Below are positions 13,367 to 26,000 of a DNA stretch of 64,000 bases, in pieces. The notes under the pieces were generated by a model, which saw nothing but the letters and a program-made list of their open reading frames with translations, was not told the DNA's origin and ran no database searches. This stretch comes from Klebsormidium nitens (taxonomy: Eukaryota > Plantae > Klebsormidiophyceae). The DNA is taken from positions 1 to 64,000 of the forward strand of contig DF237015.1 in assembly GCA_000708835.1 (NCBI GenBank). The letters are read 5' to 3'. A program made the position numbers and the translations under genes. The stretch's first letter is position 1. The number at the start of each line of letters is the position of its first letter.

Positions 13367-15074
13367 TGACATAAGAGTATGTCTTCGTTGACTCTAAATG
13401 ATACATGGGTCAGAAAGGTCGACATTGTTCAACAAGCTCGATTTTTGACCTACCGTGGTTGCTCTTCGGATTATTTGGATCGGCCGATTCGCCTGAGTTT
13501 GCATAATTGTCTCAAGTTGATCATGGCAGCTTCAAGTTGCCACAGCTTGCCACAAGATCCGCATTGTTGTGAAGTGCCAACCCTTGTTGCACCGTTTTGA
13601 ATCATGTACTATTACATTGAAGTTGAGCCACTTGAGCTCTTCACAATTCGTAGTTCTTAAAGATTGAATGGGGCCTGAAGCGTTAGCATGACTTTCAAAA
13701 CCTAAGCAAACCGCGGCGGCCTGCCAAGAGGCACTGTATGCAAGAAGATTGCTTACTCTGTTAACACGATTTGTAACTTAACCGGACGGTCGCCCTTCGA
13801 ACAGGCTAGCTAGGGATCGGTGGAAGCAATGTACATGCCTGGTTCTGAGAGCAGTCAGATGCTTGTAGGAAACCGGGTCAGTAAGAAGCTAGAAGACTAA
13901 GGTACGTTGCTTTTAACGTACAATCGTAACATGAGCAGTAAGGGGGATTCCGTAATTCGGTTGATTATATGGTTACGCGCCGTGCCGCCGCCCTAGTAGC
14001 TAGCCCGTCCGGCATCCAACCCAATGTCCTGCGTGCATCTTATAGTACGTCGCCGCCGGGCGCCAGACTCTGATTGGTGTGGCCGCGGAATCCGGCCCCA
14101 AGAACAAATTGGTTTGAACACACGTTTTCCTTTCACGTATAGTCAATTCTTATGCAATCGACGGGTTTCTGTCACTTATATGGAGCGTCTTAGTAATCAG
14201 GTACAATTTAAATGATACGCGGTATCCATAGGTATCGACGGCCCAGGGCTAATTTGGTCGCGCGGCATGTTCAACATTTTAGATCGTGACATGCGGTATG
14301 TCGATGATTTACTATCATTACCATCTTGTGCGTGTACGTCCTCGAAAATCACTTGATATTGCAGACCGAGAAGGTCGACCTGACCTCCAGTCAAGCCGGC
14401 TTTAAGGGCCCAACAAACGAATAAAGACGAAAGGTCCGCAAATAAGTTGCCAAAGAACGAGTCACGAGATCTGTTCAACATCCTCCATACCTCTGCCGAA
14501 ACTATTGTAATCGGCTATTGCAGAGGGAAGGCTTGATTACACGTTGGTGATGACATAAAGACGTAAGACACGCGTCAACCAACTCAATCCCTAACGTCAC
14601 ATGGTCAAATTCTGGACTTATATTGACTAGTGTTGAATAAATAATGTTTGACGACGGAGACTTCCTTTTGAGGGGCTTCTACTCGAGGACGTAGAATGTT
14701 GCAGCGCTTTCAAGCACTTTTACTACCAAGATACATCTGCCCTAGCATACAAATAGTAAAGCAGAACAAGTGTGTGCGTCAATATGGCCTTACTCAAACA
14801 AACAGGATGCTCAGTACAAACGTTGATCAACGTTTTCGACCGCCGACCTACAAAGGTCCGTACGGACCAATCTGTTTATGACTTTCAGATCTGTGGCCTC
14901 CGCACAGCAACCTCGAACCACACACCACCACCTACCTTTAGGTGAAAGTTACACAACTTGCGTTGACAAGAAATGGCGGACTAATGATGGGTTGTTGCCG
15001 CACCCAATGCCCCAAACCGACCCGATCATGGGAACGCCTTTCAAGCAACACTGTCGGGTTGCCAACATAATCGA

Positions 15075-18000
15075 CTACCGCCTTGATTGCTCAACCCTTG
15101 GCACCTCCAATGCCTCCGACTCCTGTCTTGTTGACGACCCATCCATTGACACCGATTCAGCCCGGACACCCTCACTAATCGTCACCACCGTAGCCTCTTC
15201 GTTTCTGCCTCTAGACAACCCCTCGCTGTCACCCACGTTCCTTTCCAAATCGCTCGAAATTCTAACGCCCTCGGCCGGACGAGCGGTTGCCAGGTGTCCC
15301 ACAGCCTCGGCCTCAACCCTCGCCAGCTCAGCACGATAGTTGTCCAGCGCCTCAAGCAACACGCGCCGGGAAGCGTCCACGCCGTCTAGGGGTTCCGTCC
15401 CATCCCCGGTTGCCTCCCCCGGGTGCTCTTGAGCCGTTTCTAGAACGCTGGGGTTGGGCGCAGTCTGGTGCATGCGGCAGATGGGGCACGTGCCGTGCTT
15501 GTGGAGCCACGTGTCAATGCATGTTGAGTGGAAGGAGTGGCTGCAGCCGGGTAGCTCCCGTAAGAGATCGCCCTCCTCGTACTCACACAGACAGACGGCG
15601 CACTCTCTGCACGGAACCGGAGTCGGACCTTCAGTTTCTCAAGACTGTACGACAATGAATCTACAGTAGTCTTGAAGCATCTGCCAGTATTTGGGGGCAA
15701 ACATTTCGGACATAGAGGACCTGAATCGGAGGCCGCTGTTTCGGCAGGTGGAAATTAAAGAAACGAGGCTCCAAAGCGGAATCCGCCGAACGGAGCATGG
15801 AATCACTGGAGGGTCAGGAGGAAGTTTCGAATCCGTCCTAAACCAGCTGCACAAGTGACCATCTTACAAGAAATGACTTGAAGAATCTGTAGCTTTGGAG
15901 GGGAACTGGAAAAACACATGCAAGCAGGACAGGAAAGATCCAAGTACTAAAAGACCAGGACCGGAAAATACTGACAGGGTGAAGCATACATACTAGAAGC
16001 GGGCAACTTCGGGCAGGGCAGAATCGGACACAAGTTTCCCGGAGTGACAGGATTCAGAAGCTCACCTGTCAGCAGAAGAACTAGAGGCTTTGCGGAACTC
16101 CTTAGTCGGGAACGAGGTAACTAGGCCCGGTGGGAGCCCGCTTTCCTGCCGCCAGGTGTTGCCGCTCTGCAGAGAAATGAATGCCGTAAGCAGATTGACG
16201 ACATCCGTTGCTTGTGGTCAACCCTCTCTCGTTTGAAAAGTACTGGAGACAAGGATTCATAGTGGGTCTAATCAAGCAGGACGGACATGCTTTAAAAACT
16301 TGGATACCAATACTGACGATGCTGCTGAAGCGTTCACAAACATCTGATATACTGCTTGCAATGTGATCGCTGTGCGACGTAAATATCGAAGACTGAAAGT
16401 GAATTTGGAGACGATGATGACATCAACCAAACCATGCCCACTCCAGATGGACAAAAGCTTTTTGGTCCATGTCAGACGTTTCGCCTGACCCCATCTTCTC
16501 AACATTTTTGAGCAAGCCTAAGGAAGAAGCCTAACAAACGACAGTGTGGATCTGGATCTGCCAATTGAAGCATGACCATACTTCTCCCCCAAACTCCTGA
16601 AAAAGAGGCCATAGCACACTGAGGAAGGATCAGGACAGAAGATCAAGAACCGTCTTTATCCAGACCCTATGGCCAACCGCCCGCTTTACACTCCTTATAT
16701 CTAGCAGCCCTCAAATCCCAGGAACGTTAAATAATGTTGTATCGACTGCATGGGATGCTCAATTGAGAACTCCAACCAATTCCTCAACTTACACGACGCC
16801 CCCTGTAGGGGTGGTCGAGAGAGAGCCACAGAAGTGCTGAACGCTAATTGGAGCATTTCAAACCATTGACGAAACCCTGTCCAAGAACTTACAAAACCCA
16901 TCAGCTTAACCAAGTAATTTAGGAGAACAAATGCGTCGCTAATACGTCTTGCTCCTCTCCTGAGAGCGGATATTGCCCCACCCTTCCTCACAAAGCAACT
17001 TAAACATGCCCCTCCCCCCAATACCTGCCGCGTGCGCACCCTCCCCTCCTGGGTGGTGACGGCGCCGGCGAGCATCCGCCGCCAATTGAGCAGTTTGCAG
17101 CAGACGAGCGAGAAGACGCACACCAAGGAAATGACAGATATGCACAGCGCAAAGGCGACGGTCGGGCTGCCCCCGAAGCTCGGACCTGTTAGAGGGGGGG
17201 TAAACAGTGAGAGGGGGAAGGGGGGTCAGAGGCCCACCTGAGGACCAAACCTCAGCAAGACGACTTGGGGGGATTGGGAAGCAGCGCCGGGAGCAGGGCG
17301 CCGGCGGGGGCGTCTGCAGCAGATAAACATGACGGTGGTGGCCACCGCAATTACGACCACGCCGATGGCCAGGCTGATGAGGTGCTGAATAACCGGGAAG
17401 CCACCTACGGGGGGCAGGCGGCCGGTGAGAACGTCTAGACCTTCCAGCAACGAGCGCTAGGCTTGTCTTGACTAGTCTTCTTCTGGGAGAACCTCTCAAC
17501 GATTCAAATGCATACATTCTGAGAACAAGTGCCTTAACATTGTAGAAGCTTGCCAAGGCTTCAAAGGTTTCCTTGAGAATCTTTACAGGCTCTTTTAAAC
17601 CCTCCAGCCTTGGAGTAATACTTGCCATCCCACATCTATGACAGGTTGCTCTGGTGTTCACGACAATTTGTGGTTGTTAAATTTCGCGTATCATGATGCA
17701 GCACACTCTAGATTATGGTACAGGACCAAGCGAAAGAATTCGGGGTGGACTGGTACCTGCTAAGCTCATCATCTTGCAAGAAAGTTCTGCCACCGTCCTC
17801 GACCAAAGTGACTTGTGAGGTCTAAGCACAGATTGCAATAACCCTAGGCTTTGGCAGTCTTGCTTTCTCCGAGCAAGCAGTTGAAAGCTGCCAAGCGCCA
17901 ACTCCAGCAGTGATTCATATGACAAACTGGACCCTCAGCAAAAAGCTTCTTTCATTCAGTATGACAGCATGACTGTGGAAACCTAGCTGTATAGAACGAT

Positions 18001-19127
18001 ATCAGCAAACAGGCATGCTTACACAATGTTCAACGTTTACACTTTTTGCAACGCATTAGGCTCGTCGCGACCGTAGTATGCAGCTGATCAGAATACTCTT
18101 GTCCTGACACAAGATCTAAAAGCAAGGGCTGAGCGGTGAGCCGCAGTGTCAAGCAGACACTCAACAAAGGAAGGGCTTACGTCTGATGTTAGCTGAATTA
18201 GACCGTATGGGTGTAGCAGAAGCAGGTACGTCGACCGAGCTTTGCAGCAGCTTTCGGACGCCATGTGATGTAACGTCTAAGATGTCCAAGCTTCCAGCCA
18301 ATACGGGCTGGACGACGTGGCTCAGTCCTGTTTCAGTGGGAATGAAGGATGTAAGAAATAGGAGCGTCCATCGCCTTTGATAGTTCTGGCTATCTTGAGA
18401 GTGTGCTAGCGACCGGCCTTCCTGCAATGCAGAACAGGTCTCTCTGTAGTTGAGCACAAGGGTAGAGTGCGATCAAAACTATGGGAGGTATAGAATTTCA
18501 CGGGCTGGACAACCTGTCACAGATTTGACCACCAGCCATCGAAATGCATGACGTCATCTTTGGTCGGCAAGTAAGACCTGGCTGTAAAAAACCAGGCAGG
18601 TCAAAATAGACTCGCATGATGAGAATGAGAAAAGAAACAACAGTTGCTTTGCTGCCGCAAAGTGTTGCTTTGCTGCTGCAGATGGATCCAAATGCAGACA
18701 ATATGCCTCTGCAATGGCTGTGGCTATTGGTTTATTCACAACTCTGGAGAAAGTTTGCCGTAGAATCATGGAGATTGCTGTACTCGGAGAAAAAGCCACT
18801 GCGGAGCAGCAAGAAGGAGCCATTGACAGGCAAGGATGAGCCAGGGAAAGGCAAACCGAGACTTCCACTGTCACAAAGAACCCGAACAACTGGGAGATGC
18901 CTACTGAAACTTGTTGTAGCATAAACAGAAGATGTCAAGTTTTCCGCGTGGAAACCCTGCCCAATATCCACCCTGCAGACAAATGGACCTCCCAGAGAAG
19001 GTCAAGACAAAAATCCTCCATACCATGTCGGACCACAATGCAGAGAAACTTCAGAATCTGAGAGCTCACCTAAGAGCAGAACAACCAAAGCCACCATCCC
19101 TCCAGGAAAAAAGCTTGTCCTCATCAT
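15075..19127 (-). CDS. ATL-family RING-H2 E3 ubiquitin ligase with signal peptide and two alternative TM exons
   Basis: Exons: 19070-19127 (MMRTSFFPGGMVALVVLLL), 18181-18327 (GLSHVVQPVLA...GVRKLLQSS...NIR), either 17238-17404 or 17025-17185 (TM + CC + basic), 16066-16166 (GLD-like motif GLPPGLVTSFPTKEF), 15075-15606. RING-H2: CAVCLCEYEEGDLLRELPGCSHSFHSTCIDTWLHKHGTCPIC. All phases are consistent. Confidence 0.88.
17025..17185 (-). other. Alternative TM exon B of the ATL gene (phase 1 to phase 0, 161 nt)
   Basis: ctctaacag|GT CCG AGC...CGG CAG|gtattg. Encodes PSFGGSPTVAFALCISVISLVCVFSLVCCKLLNWRR...TRQ. Confidence 0.75.
17238..17404 (-). other. Alternative TM exon A of the ATL gene (phase 1 to phase 0, 167 nt)
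   Basis: ccccgtag|GT GGC TTC...CCT CAG|gtgggc. Encodes GFPVIQHLISLAIGVVVIAVATTVMFICCRRPRRR...GPQ. Confidence 0.7.
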
Positions 19128-20002
19128 GCTGCAGCTTCCCCTGTCTCCCCTGACCATGAAAACTGAAAACGTGTGTCTTTAATATTTATAGAGGAAAGAG
19201 CTGACTCAAGGGCCCAGCCTGATATAGTGATACCGTATGCGCGCGTTGAAGCACATCTAGGGCTGATTTGCTGTTTATCATTGCGTTTAGCTCCTTCTCT
19301 GCACACTCTGCAAATCGGCTGCGGATATGGCGTCCAGAAAAAGCAGGATTCACGAAGCTCAATGACAACTACAATTTAGTACAAAGCGCTTTGGCAGACC
19401 TTTAAGTTTGACCAGCTCTGCTCCTCAGTTGTCCTTCCTGTGCCCGTAGTGACTAGTCGCACGGACAACTCGCACCGAAAATCTTTCTGACGGACTTGGT
19501 GCCATGAATTCATTGTAGGAATTCATGGCCCAGGCCCCAAACCGTATTACTTATTGACATGTATATCGTGATTTTAGTAATAGGGCATGTAAAAGTTAGT
19601 TTTAACCCGGGCTGCCAAATTGAAAAGTTTGGAATAATCTTCGTGGAAAGACGGGTGCGAATTGCCCGTGCCACTATGGTCCAGACAAAGCAGACGCTCC
19701 CCCGACCACGTGTTGAATTTACCGGGGCCGGATGCTTCCTCAGGCCCCGGTGTCCGGGAACTTTTGGCTTGCAGAAAACTTCCCTGGAGGATTTTCCCGA
19801 GCTCCTGGCTCCGACCAGGGATCCTTCACATGCGCGGGATCCCTGGCGGGCCCGTTTTCTACCGACATGGTGACACATCTTCACTCCTGCAGTGGCTACA
19901 CTTGTCTCCTGCAAGGGATCTGCTGTAGCCTCTTGCATTTCTAGGTAGCTGCTCAAGCCTCATTCCACCTTCTCTGCCGCCAGTCACATAGGTCCTGAAG
20001 AA

Positions 20003-23000
20003 ATGGCGACGCCCTTCTCAAAGAGTCGGAGGAAGAAGCCCTTCTTCGCTGGCTCTCACCTTGTGTTGAGCATCCTTGGTGTTGTGCTGGTTGTTACGGT
20101 TTTGCAGCTGCAGACAGTGGCCGCAGACAACACTTTGCAGGATCAATGGTACTCCTTAACCCCTTCACACAGAGCAGGCCACGCCCGCCGTGAGTGCTTT
20201 TCATGGAAGCAAAACAATGTGCGACTTGTTGATTTCAGGGGCGCTGTCTCTCTGACTTGAGTCTGGACAGTCCCCAGAGTATTCTGTACATGCATGCACA
20301 GCAGATGGTTATCAAAGCAGCCGCTACTGTACAGAGCTCCTTTGTCTAAGAGTTTTGATTACTATCTTGAAACTGTAAGTAACTTGATAGTGAATGGTCA
20401 CATACTCACATGATCGTTGAGCAGGATTGGGGCGACTAACTTAGGAAAACCTATTTCTGCTCCAAATCTGCTCATCTTCCTTCTTGATCACACTCAGGCA
20501 ATCGCGATGGCCTCGACAGTACCCGTTTGCAAGCGCCATTCAGTGATCAGGGGTCACCTAAGTTTCAAGATCGTCAGTTTTCCTGCCAGTCTTTGAACTG
20601 CGTCTGCTTCCGAGTTTTTGATGACAGGGTTTTGAGTTTGGGCTTGGTTCAGCCAACGTTACGCGATTGATGAGTTGCTCTTGCAGACAATGGCAGTATT
20701 CCAATATCTCACTGGTTCTAAGCTGATAGTGTTGACAGACTGTTGCAGGGTATTCCCCCTTCTCCTCTTCCCTGGATCGATCCTTTCTTTGTTTGCAGGC
20801 AACGCAGATTTGTTTTGTAGACAATACTGTAATTTGTGTTCCTTGAAGCACCATGCTCCGCTGCCTTTTCGTGGGCTACACACTTTTCTGCAGTGTAAGT
20901 TCTGCTGCACATTATCACCTCTCTCTGTTTACGTTCCCAGACATTCTTCAGACCGTCATTGACCTCAGCACCGCATCATCCGACGGCCCCAAGCGGCCCC
21001 TCGCTGTTTCGTCCCGCACAGACCCCCTCGACTCTTTCCACCAGTACCGCGGCGGGTTTGACCCCACAAACAAGCACTACTGGGGCGTGAGTCTCTCCCC
21101 CTGGAGTCTGCATTTTCTTCAGGATAGGGGCACTGGCCCTTATCTCCTTGATGGCTAGGTCACAAGCAGGGAGTACCCTTATTTGAAGTCTGGTGGAAAA
21201 CTTTAGGTTGGTTTGACGAGCAGATACTGGAAAAAGCTGGCATCTCTTGCAATTCCGGTGTGTTGTGTCACAATAAGGAGGGGCGCTTGGCCGCTCAGGG
21301 CTTAAGGGGTTCGAGCACAAAATGTCAGAGATGGCCTAGTGTATGGTTTCAACAATCGCCTCAAACAGAAAAGAGGCCATTTGGCGGGAAATCTTCAATG
21401 AGGTGATTGGCCACTTTCATGTAGCGGAAGATACATTTACTGACGGTTGACCAGGGTTGAGAGCATGGTGGCAGCGTCACTATCTGGAGGAGTGCCAGCT
21501 TCACATCAAACATAGTCGCTGTCTCTCGAGACATTGGTGCCAATAGATTTCGGCTGACAAGATGCCACTATTCCTTCCTGGTGGCGGCGGAACTGGACCG
21601 CAACAGAAGGAGGGTGAACAAGTGCGAAGAACCATGTACGAGTCTCCTCGGAACTCCTTGGAGGTCATGAAAAAGCAGCCGAGTCTCTGCCAAGCTGCAC
21701 CGGCCTGGTGTTGTACAGAGAAATGATGTAGTGCCTTCATTGGTTGCAGTATCTTCCTCTCTCTCAGTTCTATTTTGTACGAAATATACTGTACCCCCTG
21801 CAGCGAGGACGGTGGCTCTGCCCTACAGGTCGAGGTTCCATTAGGAAGCCATACCAACAAGAGGGTTTGAAAGCACGCTAGAAATGTTCTGGGGTATCCC
21901 CTAGGCCACCCCCTTTCCGTAGTCGTATACTCCCTTACACCCCGCCATTCCGCAGGCCTTTTCGAGTAAAGCGCTTCTGGTTCTGTGTTCAACAAGCTGT
22001 CGCTGGGTTTCTCTCTTGCAGCCTGTAGTATGGCTCGGCATCTGAGCTTACGTCATTGGCGTGTTTTTAAGGAGAGAAGCTAAACGTTGTATTATGCTCA
22101 AGTCGCTCATATAGCAAAGCCTGACACCGTGACTCCGTCGATCGCAGTATATTAACAAACAGCCTGGAGACCCTTCCCAAACCATCATTAGATTCCTCCT
22201 TTTGGCTTGCTGGTTCCATCATCAACTGGTCTGCCCTCATTTCCTTTTGCAGTCTGTGATATGGCTCGGCATCTGGGGTTACGTCATCGGTGTGTTCTGG
22301 CTCCTGGTCGGCGTGCTGTGGGCGCTCGCCACGTGCTGCTACTTCTGCTGCTGCCGGAGCAAGACCGCAAAGACGAGCGGCTACTCGCGGGGCTACTACT
22401 GCTGCCCTGCGGTTGTGGTCATCCTCCTCTCTGCAATTGCGCTGTGAGATTTTCCACCTTTTCTGTGAACAAGGATTCTCTGTTCTTGCCTTCCTGCTAA
22501 CAAGGGGTCCGACGCTACAGTGGTCTCGTTTCGGCCGAGCAGTAGGGTTGTTGTACTTAAGCGTTGGGCAGTCCAGATGTTACTTGTTTGCGGGATTTGT
22601 GATCGCTTCTGCTCTGTTGGCAATAAGGCGTTTGTTTCAGGCAGTGCCCTAGGATCGTGACAGACTGGGAGGTTCTGGACCGTGAAAGGGACTAGAAGAG
22701 GGGACAGCGGGATGCACATCAGATACGTTTCGTGAGCACTTGCGGGTGACGTCTGATCCATGAGTGGCTGCGGCAAGAACCATCATGGTCATGATTCTGT
22801 TTTGGTCTTGTCAGAATGCTTTTCGTTGCGGTCAAATCGCAGTCGTAGCTGCTTGATTTCTGCTCAACATTCAACGACACACGTCGGCTCTGAAGCTGCC
22901 TTCTTGCTTTACGGAATCGAAGACTCGTTAATGAACGAGAGACCTTACAGGGGTCACGCTCATCACAAATGGTGGGTCTGCCGTTAACACAGACCCTTTT

Positions 23001-26000
23001 TGGGAATGCAAGTGTGTTCCTCATAAGTTGGTATACTCCGACCACTCTCGGCGTTGATTGGCAATTCAAGTGCGTTTTCCGAGACGCTGGTGCACTCTGA
23101 CTACTCTTGGAAAGGCTACTCCATCCGTCAGGAGTTGTCCTGGTGTGTCTATCCCTTCCCTCTTTGAGGAATAACCAGCAGAGGCGAGCTCACCCTGATG
23201 CTTGAGCTTGGGTCTTTTGTGAGGACCTCAAACTCAACAACTGTAACTACTGAACTGGTATTTTCCGAACAGTTGGTCTCCGTGGACCCTCTAAGCAGAA
23301 TTCCTAACTCGATCTGACCTTCTTTTTGACAGGGCCGGCGCAGCGCTAACCTTCTACGGCGAGTCCACATTCCGACGCGACTCGCGCGACACCCGCGACT
23401 TCGTGCTGCTGACGGCCGCCAACACGACCGCTGACGTGCGCAACGTCACGGGAACGCTCTCGGCCGCGCAGAACGTCATCACGGAGGTCTCGCCGAGCGA
23501 GGGCCAGACGCTGCAGGACGTCATCACGTCGCTGAACAACGCGGCGGACGACGTGGACCGGAAAGTGAACAAGAACAAAAAGGCGGTGGATACGGGGCTG
23601 AAGGTCGTGTGAGTGACCTTTTGGGACTCGTGTCTCAGCTTGATGGAAGTTGCGACTGTAAGCAGTGCCCCCGGTCGCGCGCTCGCTTTGGCAGCTGTTG
23701 TTGCTGCGGTTGGAGTGTGTTTTGCAGCCCAGGAGTGGAGCTGCTCTTTTGGGTACATTTTCGAGTGCAGTTTCAAAAGAGCGCCGAAGAAGTACGGTGT
23801 TGTAGGCTAGCAAGATTGCGAAGGATTGTCAAAGACAAGCTGTGGGGGTCCAGTTGAAAGAAGGGTTGCAAGCATAGTCGTTTGGAGCAGCTCTCACATT
23901 CGAAAGCCGACGTAGCTTTACCTAAGGCTACACTCAAATCCAACCCCTTAAAGCAAGCTGCTCATCTACTGCAGTCATTGCGTCTTTTGCAAGTCTAGCA
24001 GAGATGTCTCGGACAGAGTAGCGCAAAGTTCAGGCCCAAATGACAGTCTATCCTTCTCTTTTTCTGCAGAGACATCGTCTTGATTGTCGTGGCCTCGTGC
24101 CAAATCTTCATCGTAGTCGTCGCCTTATGTGAGCTTTTCCGCCCTGTCTCCTGCTGTCGGGGGCCGTCGAACTGCCGCCCGGCATGCACTTTTTGATTTT
24201 TGTCTACGCTTACCCCTCCCGTGCACTTCACTTCTTCGTTACTTCGTTCACAAGGGCCGGCCACCCGTGTTGAGAAGTCCCGCTCGAGTAGTACTTTGAG
24301 TCTAGCGGTCTCCACAGCTGTGTTTTGCGCGCCTGTTTCCACATACCCAACAGGGGCCACCACACGGGCAAAAGCTAGCAACTCTTCCGGGGGGTTTGTA
24401 TCTTATTGGACTACCACCCCGGACGGGCTTTCAGTGGGGCGATGGCCTTAGGTAAACAGGTACCCATCGTAGACTTGCTACTACGATTTTATGAACCCAT
24501 CATTGCTGCCATCATTGCAAGTTTCTATTGTTTCTGAAGGTGGTTCGCAGTTAATTTGTGGCGCTTTCCTGGAGGCTCTCTCTGCGTGAGGGTGTCCTCT
24601 CCTTGAAGCCTTGCTCTAGAAACGGAACCCTAACACCGGAACCGGAACTTGCAGTCGCGCTGTGGTTCAAGTGGTCGTTCCTGCTTCTGCCCATCATCAT
24701 ATTGTCGTGGCTCTTCTGCGTCTTCGGCTGGATCGTCGCCGGCGTCTGGTTCTCCGTCTACCAGTAAGTGCCCCGGGCTACCTATGCGTCCCTGCTTTGG
24801 TTATCCATCCAAGACATCACTGCAGTGATGCAGCCATCCCTTTACCAGTTTTCCTGGTCGCTTCCATTGCTTAGCGATCACCCTACTTCGCGCTCTCCTC
24901 TACTTTCAGCTCGTTCCCGTATCCGCTGCCTTCAATAACAATCTCCTGCAAGCAAACTCCTTCTCCTCATCTAAGTTGCCACTGATGTCACCCAAACTCA
25001 GCTGCTGACATCACTTTTTGTCCCACGGCAGCGTGTCCGCTGACACGTGCACCAGGATGCACGAGGACACGCAGGACCCACCAACACACGATCCTCTTTT
25101 TACCTTAAGTATAACGTCACTTCACTCTGGCTCCTGACGTCACGTTGCTCTTTTCCGCAGCGTCACCACCGACACGTGCACCGCGATGCACGAGTACACG
25201 CTGGACCCCACCAACACGACGCTCGACACGATCCTCCCGTGCGTTGACCGCACGAGCGCGCAGAACACGCTGCGCACCGCGCGGCGCTCCGTTAATCGCC
25301 TCGTCAATGCGACGAACGGCCAGATCACGACCCTGAACGCCCAGCTCGCGAGCGGGGGCGCCACGACCGTGCTGCCGTTCGTGTGCTTGCCATACGGAGG
25401 AGAGCCCGACTACCCGCCGATCCCGTGCCCCTCGGGCCAGGTGGATCCGCTCCAGCTGTCCACGGTGAGCTGCCACGTGGCGTGTTCTGGTGTTGCCCGT
25501 AACCTACGAGTAACGTTTAATTGGGATACGGCGTCCTCAACTGGATACGTTGAGCCTTCTCGCAACCGGGATTGTTGACGATGTGTGCCCTCTGCCTCGT
25601 CAGATTATGAATTTAAGCCTCGAGGAATGAACGGTTTGCTGCGTTGGAGAACGTCAAGACGAGGAGGAACGGTTTGACACTGGTGCGTAAGTAGCAGGGT
25701 CGCTGCTTTAAAACGCTCTCGCCCTCCTTTCGACAGCGTTGATCCCTCTTCGGCAACAGCATCTTCTATCAGATCTGAACGCCTCTGCTTTTTGGGCATT
25801 GCCGCTGTATGTCTAAAGAATGTCATAATTCATCGCAGGCGATACAAGCGTACCGCTGCACGGGCACTGACGTCAACACCTGCGCCCTGGCGGGGACTCC
25901 GCTGACGCCATCCCTGTACACGCTGGTGGAGCCCGTCGTGGGCGCGATCACAAATATCTCGCGGTCAATACCGACGATGGTCGAGCTTGCCACGTGTCAG

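Noticed and set aside
13400-15070. Short ORFs and mild GTAC enrichment in the convergent spacer
   Set aside because: No coding motifs or splice-consistent model. The GTAC count is only modestly above expectation.
16939-17661. 240-aa minus-strand ORF
   Set aside because: It reads across introns and through exon A in the wrong frame. The phase-consistent ATL model explains the region better.
18554-18922. ORF / possible extra ATL exon (VAFSPSTAIS...)
   Set aside because: It has a plausible acceptor but I found no phase-1 donor. Exon 1 joins 18327 directly and gives a clean signal peptide.
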